The translations under genes and the position numbers were made by a program. A DNA stretch of 64,000 nt. Origin: an uncultured Planctomycetia bacterium. Its GTDB lineage: Bacteria; Omnitrophota; Gorgyraeia; 1-14-0-20-64-10. Each line of letters begins with the position of its first letter. Positions within the stretch are counted from its first letter, which is position 1. The stretch spans positions 333,888 through 397,887 of the forward strand of contig CAYJVR010000001.1 of NCBI GenBank assembly GCA_964373715.1, written 5' to 3'. Below, one piece after another: positions 37,396-44,846 of the stretch. Under the pieces are notes generated by a model. It had not been told where the DNA came from. It saw nothing but the letters and a program-made list of their open reading frames with translations, and did no database searches.

Positions 37396-38520
37396 TCAGC
37401 AGTCCCGGAGCGCGCGGCAAATACGCTGCTGTTGGGCCCTAGTCATCTCCGGATAAAGAGGAACTGAAAAGACTTCCCGTGAGGCTTTTTCGGTTTCAGG
37501 CAGGCGCAGAAAGCGGTTTGCCTTCCGGTGGAGCGGCTGATGGTGGACCGGTATCGAGTAATAGACCTGGGTGGTAATGCCCGCCTTCAAAAGTTTCCGC
37601 TGGACCGCCTCTCTGTCGTCGGAGCGCAAGACGTAAAGATGAAACGCGTGTTTCGCCCCCGGTTTCTCCGTTGGAGGTGTCAACCCCGGAAGACCGGAAA
37701 CGGCTCTTGAGAAGGCCTTCCCTATCCCCCTTCGCCGGGAAACCCACCCCCTGAGCTTCCGCAGTTTCACCCGGAGTATGGACGCCTGCAGTTCGTCCAG
37801 GCGGCTGTTTCTGCCCAATTCCGCCTGGAATTCCCTGCCGTGTCTTCCGTGGACCCGTAAAAGCCTGAGTCGGTCGGCGAGCCGGGCCGACTGCACCGTG
37901 ACGATGCCGCCGTCTCCGCATCCGCCGAGATTCTTCGTCGGGAAAAAACTGAAGCACCCGGCGTCCCCGAACGAACCGATCGGTTTCCCTTTCCACGCGG
38001 CGCCGGCCGATTGGGCGGCATCTTCAATAACGAAGAGCCCGTGTTTCTTCGCTATACGCATGATGCCGTCCATGTCGCAGGGATGCCCGTAAAGATGGAC
38101 CGGGATAACCGCCTTGAGCTTCTTTCTCTGCGCAGGCGGCAGCGCGGTTATCCGGGTGCTGAGATCTTTAGGGTCCATCGTGTAGGTCGCTGGGTCAATA
38201 TCCACAAACAGAGGTTTCGCGCCGACATGGAGGATCGCGTCGGCGGTGGCGATGAAGGTGAACGACACGGTGGCGACAATATCCCCCGGTTTTATCCCGA
38301 CCGCTTTCAGGGCGAGCTCCAGAGCGTCCGTCCCGGAAGCCACGCCGACCGCATGCGCGGCGCCGCAGAAACGGGCGAATTCCTTTTCAAACCGGGCGAC
38401 TTCGGGGCCGAGGATGTAGCTGCCGCTCAAGAGGATCCGGCGGACCGCCCTTTCCAATTCGGGCTGTAGTTTCCGAACTTGGCGGGTCAGGTCAAAGAGG
38501 GGAATTAACGGCCGGCCCAC
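37396..38520 (-). CDS. DegT-family PLP-dependent sugar aminotransferase
   Basis: 374 aa. …GVASGTDALELAL…CFSFFPTKNLGGCGDGGIV… carries the canonical Lys motif. Confidence 0.75.
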   Translation of the reverse strand: MGRPLIPLFDLTRQVRKLQPELERAVRRILLSGSYILGPEVARFEKEFARFCGAAHAVGVASGTDALELALKAVGIKPGDIVATVSFTFIATADAILHVGAKPLFVDIDPATYTMDPKDLSTRITALPPAQRKKLKAVIPVHLYGHPCDMDGIMRIAKKHGLFVIEDAAQSAGAAWKGKPIGSFGDAGCFSFFPTKNLGGCGDGGIVTVQSARLADRLRLLRVHGRHGREFQAELGRNSRLDELQASILRVKLRKLRGWVSRRRGIGKAFSRAVSGLPGLTPPTEKPGAKHAFHLYVLRSDDREAVQRKLLKAGITTQVYYSIPVHHQPLHRKANRFLRLPETEKASREVFSVPLYPEMTRAQQQRICRALRDC

Positions 38521-39452
38521 GCTTCGGGGTGGTTTTGGAACCAGCGGATGGTTTTTACCAGCCCCTCTTTAAAGGGGATAGTGACCTCGAAACCGAGCAG
38601 CCTCTTTGCTTTGCGGGTATCCCCACGCGTGTGGCGGACATCCCCCTGGCGGGTAGGGGTGTGAATCGGCTTGATCTTCGACCCGAGGTCCTTCCGGATC
38701 AACTCGGCCAGTTCGGCCACCGAATAGTTGATCGCCGATGCGACGTTGAAGGAGTCTCCCGCCGCTTTACTGGCAGTGGCCGCTTTCAGGTTCGCGTTGA
38801 CCACGTTTCCGATGTAGGTGAAGTCCCTCGTCTGCCCGCCGTCTCCGTGGATCGGAGGAGGGATCCCCTTGAGGTAGCAGACGATAAATTTTGGGATGAC
38901 AACCGCGTATTCGCTTTCGAGCGACTGCCGCGGGCCAAAAACATTGAAATACCTCAAGCCGACCGTTTCGAGGCCGTAAAGGCGGGTGAACATCTTGCCG
39001 TAGATTTCATCCGCCAATTTAGTCGCCGCATAGGGGGACAGCGGCACGGTGAGCTTGTCTTCCCTCTGGGGCATCGGGCAGTCGCCGTACACGGAGCTGG
39101 AGGAGGCGTAGACGACCCGCTTCACTTTCGCCTCGTGGGCTAATTGGAAAAGCTGCAGCACGGCCGTGACGTTCACATCGTTGAATTCGAGGGGGTTCTC
39201 CACCGATTTCGGCACCGACCGGAGCGCGGCCTGGTGGAAAACGAGGTTCATCCCCTTAAGCGCCCGGCGCACGGTTTTGGCGTCACGGATATCCCCGCGG
39301 ATAAAGTCAACCTTCTTCGCGATCGGGTCCAGGTTCCGCAAGAAACCGGTGTACAGGTTATCGAGGATCCGGACCTTGTAGCCCCGTTTGACGAGGGCTT
39401 CGGCCAGATGGGAACCGATAAAACCGGCTCCGCCGGTGACTAATGCTCGCAT
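38505..39452 (-). CDS. UDP-GlcNAc/UDP-Glc 4-epimerase, WbpP/TviC-like SDR
   Basis: 315 aa. [16 protein letters not shown]…YAATK…. It lies directly downstream of a WbpA/TviB-like dehydrogenase. Confidence 0.65.
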   Translation of the reverse strand: MRALVTGGAGFIGSHLAEALVKRGYKVRILDNLYTGFLRNLDPIAKKVDFIRGDIRDAKTVRRALKGMNLVFHQAALRSVPKSVENPLEFNDVNVTAVLQLFQLAHEAKVKRVVYASSSSVYGDCPMPQREDKLTVPLSPYAATKLADEIYGKMFTRLYGLETVGLRYFNVFGPRQSLESEYAVVIPKFIVCYLKGIPPPIHGDGGQTRDFTYIGNVVNANLKAATASKAAGDSFNVASAINYSVAELAELIRKDLGSKIKPIHTPTRQGDVRHTRGDTRKAKRLLGFEVTIPFKEGLVKTIRWFQNHPEAWAGR

Positions 39453-39464
39453 AAAAGCAGTCCT

Positions 39465-40784
39465 TTAAAGGGTAACAATACGGTTTGACCGAACGCGCGC
39501 TTTGGCGAAAACATTCCGCGTGTCCAAAACCAGGCGAGAGCCGCGCTCAATGAATTTGTAGTTCAGCTGATCGTGATCGGTGACGACGACCACGCAGTCG
39601 GCCTGCGCGAGGGTCGCTGTGCTCAGCGGGACCGATTTCAGCGAGAAGGTTTCTTCGCGCAGCGCCGGGACGAAAGGATCGTGATACTGGACTTTCGCCC
39701 CCTTGGTCCGGAGAAGATGGATGATTTCAAGCGCCGGGGATTCCCGCATGTCACCGACGTTCCTCTTGTAGGCGACACCGATAACGAGTATCCGGGCTCC
39801 CTTAACGGCTTTTCCCTTGTCATTTAACGCTTCGCCGACCCTCTGGACGACGTAAGGGGGCATCGACGCGTTGATTTGCGACGCGAGCTCGATAAAACGG
39901 GGATCAAACCCGTGCAGCTTCGCCTTCCAGGAAAGGTACAGCGGATCAATCGGTATGCAGTGTCCTCCGAGGCCGGGTCCGGGGTAGAACGGCATAAAAC
40001 CGAAAGGTTTCGATTTCGCCGCCTCGATGACTTCCCAGACGTTTACCCCCAGAGGGTCGCACATGAGCGCCAGCTCATTGACGAGCCCGATGTTGACCGA
40101 ACGGAAGGTGTTCTCAAGGAGCTTGACCATTTCGGCCACCTTTGTCGAAGAGACCGGAACGATGGTCCGGATCACCTGGCCGTACATCAGCGCGATCGCT
40201 TCGCAGCACGCAGGCGTGATTCCGCTGACCACTTTGGGGATCGTTGTCGTCGTGTAGATCTGGTTGCCCGGATCAATCCGTTCCGGGGAAAACCCGAGGA
40301 AGAAATCTTTCCCCGCCTTTAAGCCGGTGGCTTCAAGCATCGGGAGGACAAGCTCATTTGTCGTGCCCGGATAGGTCGTGGATTCCAGAACGATGATTTG
40401 GGGGCGGTGGAGGTATTTGACCAGCGACTCGACCGTGGCGACGATGTAGGAGATGTCCGGGTCTTTTGTTTTGCGCAGGGGAGTCGGGACGCAAATCATC
40501 ATCCCGTCAATGTCGCGCAGGGCCTCGAATTTGGTGGTTGCTTTTAAACGCCCCTCTTTAACGAGGGACCGGATTTCCTCCTCCAGGACGTCCGGGATAT
40601 AGGAGATTCCCCTGTTGAGGGCTTTGACCCGCTCTTCAGAAACGTCAATGCCGGTCACATGGAAACCGACCTTGGCGTATTCGACAGCCAGAGGGAGGCC
40701 CACATAGCCTAAGCCGATAACCCCAATTCTGGCTTTATGTTCCTTCAGTTTCTGGACGAGAGTGTTCGGGAGTTTGTTTTTCAT
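39465..40784 (-). CDS. UDP-N-acetyl-D-hexosamine 6-dehydrogenase (WbpA/TviB/WecC-like)
   Basis: 439 aa. IGVIGLGYVGLPLAVE…GGHCIP… and a catalytic Cys. UDPG_MGDP_dh family. Confidence 0.7.
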   Translation of the reverse strand: MKNKLPNTLVQKLKEHKARIGVIGLGYVGLPLAVEYAKVGFHVTGIDVSEERVKALNRGISYIPDVLEEEIRSLVKEGRLKATTKFEALRDIDGMMICVPTPLRKTKDPDISYIVATVESLVKYLHRPQIIVLESTTYPGTTNELVLPMLEATGLKAGKDFFLGFSPERIDPGNQIYTTTTIPKVVSGITPACCEAIALMYGQVIRTIVPVSSTKVAEMVKLLENTFRSVNIGLVNELALMCDPLGVNVWEVIEAAKSKPFGFMPFYPGPGLGGHCIPIDPLYLSWKAKLHGFDPRFIELASQINASMPPYVVQRVGEALNDKGKAVKGARILVIGVAYKRNVGDMRESPALEIIHLLRTKGAKVQYHDPFVPALREETFSLKSVPLSTATLAQADCVVVVTDHDQLNYKFIERGSRLVLDTRNVFAKARVRSNRIVTL

Positions 40785-40841
40785 GGTTAAACTTTTAGTA
40801 TAACGATCTAAAAGGGGTAAATCAAGGGTGGGTGAAAATTT

Positions 40842-41765
40842 TCAATCCGAAACCAGGACCTGCAGGAAATCCTGAAGCGCCTCTTTCCAGCCGCGCATCC
40901 TGAAACCGGTGGTCTTTTCAAAAAGGCCGACGCTGAGCGTCGTGTCGGCCGGACGTTTCGCCGGGCGGTTCAAGAGGGGCCAGCTTGTTTTTTCAATCAG
41001 GGATTCGTCGGCGCCGAGCATCCTGGCGATTTCCCGGGCCACCTGGAGGCGGGAGGCCCCGCCGGAATTAGCCAGGTGGAGAATCCTCGGGAGCCGTCCC
41101 TTCAGGACCGCCTCCCTGTCCCCGTTAAATATCTCCAGCAGCCGGACCATCCCTCCAGCCACGTCGGCCGTGTAGGAAGGGGAGTTTATCTGGTCGGTGA
41201 CGACCTTGACCGGCGTTCCGTTGCGGAAGCCGTTGACTGCGCCGCTGACAAAATTAGCCCGCCCCGCCCCGAAAAGGCCGCTGACCCGGACCACGATCGA
41301 ATTCGCGGTGCTCGAAAGGGCAAACTGTTCCCCCTCCAGTTTGGACTGTCCGTAGGCGTTGATCGGGTTGGTCGGATCGTCTTCGGTGTACGGTTTTCCG
41401 GCGGCGCCGTCAAAAACATAATCGGTGCCCACCGCGACGAAAAACGCCCCGGCCGCGGCGCAGGCGGACCCAACACTGTGAACCGCGTGCCCGTTGATCT
41501 TGCGGGCCATCGCGGGATCTTTCTCGCAGGCGTCCACGTCGCTGGCGGCGGCCGTAAGGATCACAGTGTCCGGTTTGTGGCGTTCGATCCCCCGGCGGAC
41601 CGCGTCCGCGTCGGTCATGTCCAGGGCTTCAAGAAGCAGATGGGCCGGATCCCGGTTCCCTTCCGGGATCCGGCGCGCCCACCCGACCAACTGGCCCGCG
41701 CCGCTCAGCTGTTTGCAGAGATCCTGGCCGAGCAGACCGGTGGCGCCGATGACGAGCGTTTTCAT
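40842..41765 (-). CDS. rmlD: dTDP-4-dehydrorhamnose reductase
   Basis: 307 aa. MKTLVIGATGLLGQDL…YGQSKLEGE…. RmlD_sub_bind pattern. Adjacent to rmlB and rmlA. Confidence 0.75.
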   Translation of the reverse strand: MKTLVIGATGLLGQDLCKQLSGAGQLVGWARRIPEGNRDPAHLLLEALDMTDADAVRRGIERHKPDTVILTAAASDVDACEKDPAMARKINGHAVHSVGSACAAAGAFFVAVGTDYVFDGAAGKPYTEDDPTNPINAYGQSKLEGEQFALSSTANSIVVRVSGLFGAGRANFVSGAVNGFRNGTPVKVVTDQINSPSYTADVAGGMVRLLEIFNGDREAVLKGRLPRILHLANSGGASRLQVAREIARMLGADESLIEKTSWPLLNRPAKRPADTTLSVGLFEKTTGFRMRGWKEALQDFLQVLVSD

Positions 41766-41768
41766 GGG

Positions 41769-42749
41769 TTAGGTGCGGGAGGTGATAACGCGGGCTTTCA
41801 GAGGCTGCCACCAGGCGGTGCTTTTTTTGTACCACTGGATGGTTTCCTCAAGGGACTGGTCGAAGCGTTTTTTGGGCGCCCACCCGAGCGAACGGAGTTT
41901 GGCGGAGTTGACGGCATAGCGCCGGTCGTGCCCGAGCCGGTCGGTGACGTGCCTGACTAGCGTCGGAGGCCTGCCGGTCATCTTCAGGATCGTCGCGATG
42001 ACGTCCATGTTTTCCCGGTATTCGCCCGAACCGGCGTTATAAGTCTCGCCGATTGTCCCCCGTTCCGCCGCCAACAGGATGGCTTCGCAGAAATCCTCCA
42101 CGTGGATCCACTCGCGCACGTATTTCCCGTCGCCGTAAACCGGCAGGGGCTCATTGGCCATCGCATTGGTGATCATCAAAGGGATGAATTTTTCAGGGAA
42201 CTGATAAGGCCCGAAGTTGTTGGTCCCCCGGACGATTACCGCCGGCAGGCCGTAGGTGACATGGTGCGCCCTGACGAAGTGCTCCGCCGAGGCTTTGCTC
42301 GCGGCATAAGGGCTGTTAGGAGACATGGGGTCCCCTTCCTTGGCCGCTCCTTCGGCGAGAGAGCCGTAAACCTCGTCTGTTGAAATATGCACGAACCGCT
42401 TCACGCCGCAGGCGTGCGCCGCTTCGAGGAGAGTCTGTGTCCCGGTGATGTTCGTTCTCAGGAAGTCGGCGGCATCGAGGATCGAACGGTCCACGTGGCT
42501 TTCGGCCGCGAAATGGACGAGCAGGTCGCACCCTTGCATCGCCGAAGCGGCCGCTTTCGGATCGCTAATATCGGCCTGGATGAAAGAATACCGGTTGTCC
42601 CCCTCAATATCTTTCAAATTCTCTTTGTTGCCCGCGTACGTGAGTTTGTCGAAGTTGACAAGTTGAGCGGCCGGCGCCTTGCTGAGGAAAAGCCGTATGA
42701 AGTTTGAGCCGATAAAGCCGCAGCCCCCGGTGACCAGGACCCGTTTCAT
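41769..42749 (-). CDS. rmlB: dTDP-glucose 4,6-dehydratase
   Basis: 326 aa. MKRVLVTGGCGFIGSNF…HFAAESHVDRS…SPYAASKA… is near-colinear with RmlB. Confidence 0.85.
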   Translation of the reverse strand: MKRVLVTGGCGFIGSNFIRLFLSKAPAAQLVNFDKLTYAGNKENLKDIEGDNRYSFIQADISDPKAAASAMQGCDLLVHFAAESHVDRSILDAADFLRTNITGTQTLLEAAHACGVKRFVHISTDEVYGSLAEGAAKEGDPMSPNSPYAASKASAEHFVRAHHVTYGLPAVIVRGTNNFGPYQFPEKFIPLMITNAMANEPLPVYGDGKYVREWIHVEDFCEAILLAAERGTIGETYNAGSGEYRENMDVIATILKMTGRPPTLVRHVTDRLGHDRRYAVNSAKLRSLGWAPKKRFDQSLEETIQWYKKSTAWWQPLKARVITSRT

Positions 42750-43474
42750 TTTTTTGTCCTCCGGCCGCGGGCAACAAGGTTGCTCGCGTTCAAAAGGGAT
42801 TCAAATGTCCCGCAGTCGGACCACCATCCGTTGAGAACGGCGCAGATCATCTGGCCCTTTTTGATGTAGGCGTTGTTCACGTCGGTGATTTCCAGCTCTC
42901 CCCGTCCCGAGGGTTTCAAGGTTTTGATGATATCGAATACCTGGGGGTCGTACATGTAGATTCCGGTGACGATGTAGTCGGACTTTGGTTTTTTCGGTTT
43001 CTCCTCTATCGCGAGGACTTTCCCATTTTTAAAGACGGCCACCCCGAACCGTTCTGGATCGGACACCTTTTTAATCAGGATACGGGCCCCCTCCGGCTGC
43101 TTCCCGAAGGCGTCCACATGCGTTTTAATGGAGCCTTGAATGATATTGTCGCCGAGTATAACGACCACTTTGTCCCGGTCGGCGAAATGTTCGGTCAGCC
43201 CCAAAGCCTCGGCGATCCCCCCTTCCCCCTTCTGGTAGGTGTAGTTCACGTGCTTCAAGCCGAAACCGGAGCCGTTCCCGAGAAGCCTCAGGAAATCGCC
43301 GGCATTGCTGCCTCCCGTGACGATCAGAATATCCCGGATGCCGGCATCCACGAGCGTTTGCAGAGGATAGTAAATCATCGGTTTATCGTAGATAGGCAGA
43401 AGGTGCTTGTTCGTGATGTGGGTCAACGGCCTCAGGCGGGAGCCTAATCCGCCGGCAAGAATAATCCCTTTCAT
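42746..43474 (-). CDS. rmlA: Glucose-1-phosphate thymidylyltransferase, short form
   Basis: 242 aa. MKGIILAGGLGSRLRPLT…KHLLPIYDKPMIYYPL…. Confidence 0.8.
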   Translation of the reverse strand: MKGIILAGGLGSRLRPLTHITNKHLLPIYDKPMIYYPLQTLVDAGIRDILIVTGGSNAGDFLRLLGNGSGFGLKHVNYTYQKGEGGIAEALGLTEHFADRDKVVVILGDNIIQGSIKTHVDAFGKQPEGARILIKKVSDPERFGVAVFKNGKVLAIEEKPKKPKSDYIVTGIYMYDPQVFDIIKTLKPSGRGELEITDVNNAYIKKGQMICAVLNGWWSDCGTFESLLNASNLVARGRRTKK

Positions 43475-43498
43475 TTCGCTACTCCTTTAGTATCCTTT

Positions 43499-44806
43499 TC
43501 AATCCTCTTGGGACCCGGACCGCCCCACGCCCGTGTAGCGGAATCCGGTTTTTTGAATAACACGAGGGTCGTACATGTTCCGGCCGTCGATCAATACCGG
43601 CTGGCGCATCAGTTTCTTCAGGCGCTGAAAATGAAGGCTTTCGTATTCTTTCCATTCGGTCATCAGGATAAGGCAGTCGGCCCCTTTCGCCAGTTCATAG
43701 GGATCTTTGCAGAACTGGACGCCCTTTAAGAGCTTCCTTGCTTCAGGGACGGCGACAGGATCGTGGGCTTTAACATGTGCCCCCTCTTTCAGCAGTGCCG
43801 CAATGATATCCAGCGCCGGCGCGAAGCGGAGGTCATCAGTATTGGGCTTAAACGAAAGCCCCAAAACCCCTATAGTTTTTCCTTTCAAGTTCCACAATTG
43901 TTTCTCGACTTTCTTGACGATGTTCCTTCTCTGTTCCTCATTGATCTGTTTCACTGATTTCAGGAGATCGAAATCATAGCCTATTTTTTCCGCAATACGG
44001 ATAAAGGCCTCGACATCTTTCGGAAAACAGAACCCGCCGAAACCGGCCCCCGCGCTGAGGAATGCCGGACCGATCCGGGGGTCCAGCCCCATTCCCTTCG
44101 AGATCTGCTCGACGTCGGCGCCGACCTTTTCGGCGATGCAAGCGATGGCATTGATGAAGGATATCTTTGTCGCCAAAAAAGCGTTGGAAGCGTGTTTGAT
44201 CAGTTCGGCGCTGGGGATGTCGGTGACCAGCAGAGGGGATTTAAACGGCTTATAGAGGCCGGTGATGAGTTTCTTCGCCCGTTCCGATTCGACCCCTACC
44301 ACAATACGGTCCGGGTGAAGGAAGTCCTGGACCGCCGTTCCCTCCCGAAGAAACTCAGGGTTTGAGGCGACGTCAAACGGGACCTTTTTCGGGACGGACA
44401 GAGCAAGCGTCTTTTTGAGCCATTTACCCGTCTCCACTGGGACGGTGGATTTTTCCACGACCAGGCGGTAGGAGGTCATCGAGCGGGCGATCTCCCTCGC
44501 CACCTGCTCCACCGCGGTGAGGTCGGCGTCCCCTGTCGACAGCGGAGGGGTTCCGACCGCGATGAAAATGATCTCCCCCTTGCGGACCCCTTCGGCAATC
44601 GTGACCGCGAAGCGGAGGCGCTTGTTCGCGAGATTCCTGACGACCAGCTCTTTCAAGCCGGGCTCGTAGAAGGGCATCTTCTTTTTCAGCAGGCCGGAAA
44701 TCCTGCTCTTGTCCCGATCCACGCAGATCACCTGGTGGCCGAGCTCAGCGAAGCAGGCGGCCGTTACCAGGCCAACGTGTCCCGCCCCTATAATGCAAAT
44801 CTCCAT
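43499..44806 (-). CDS. ugd: UDP-glucose 6-dehydrogenase
   Basis: Start at MEICIIGAGHVGLVTAACFAELGH…. …GGFCFPKDV… has the catalytic Cys. GGAGGAGG lies 8 nt upstream of the ATG. Confidence 0.8.
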   Translation of the reverse strand: MEICIIGAGHVGLVTAACFAELGHQVICVDRDKSRISGLLKKKMPFYEPGLKELVVRNLANKRLRFAVTIAEGVRKGEIIFIAVGTPPLSTGDADLTAVEQVAREIARSMTSYRLVVEKSTVPVETGKWLKKTLALSVPKKVPFDVASNPEFLREGTAVQDFLHPDRIVVGVESERAKKLITGLYKPFKSPLLVTDIPSAELIKHASNAFLATKISFINAIACIAEKVGADVEQISKGMGLDPRIGPAFLSAGAGFGGFCFPKDVEAFIRIAEKIGYDFDLLKSVKQINEEQRRNIVKKVEKQLWNLKGKTIGVLGLSFKPNTDDLRFAPALDIIAALLKEGAHVKAHDPVAVPEARKLLKGVQFCKDPYELAKGADCLILMTEWKEYESLHFQRLKKLMRQPVLIDGRNMYDPRVIQKTGFRYTGVGRSGSQED

Positions 44807-44833
44807 GGAATCGGCCTCCTCCGCAGGGGAAAA

Positions 44834-44839
44834 ATTATA
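44834..44839 (-). promoter_or_regulatory. Extended -10 promoter element (TGcTATAAT) in the 40-bp lptD-ugd spacer; candidate promoter driving the glycan super-cluster
   Basis: The minus-strand reading is …cgTGcTATAATttttcccctgcGGAGGAGGccgattccATG. The -10 hexamer is perfect and has a TGn extension, with a strong SD before ugd. The -35 is poor. Confidence 0.4.
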
Positions 44840-44846
44840 GCACGAT

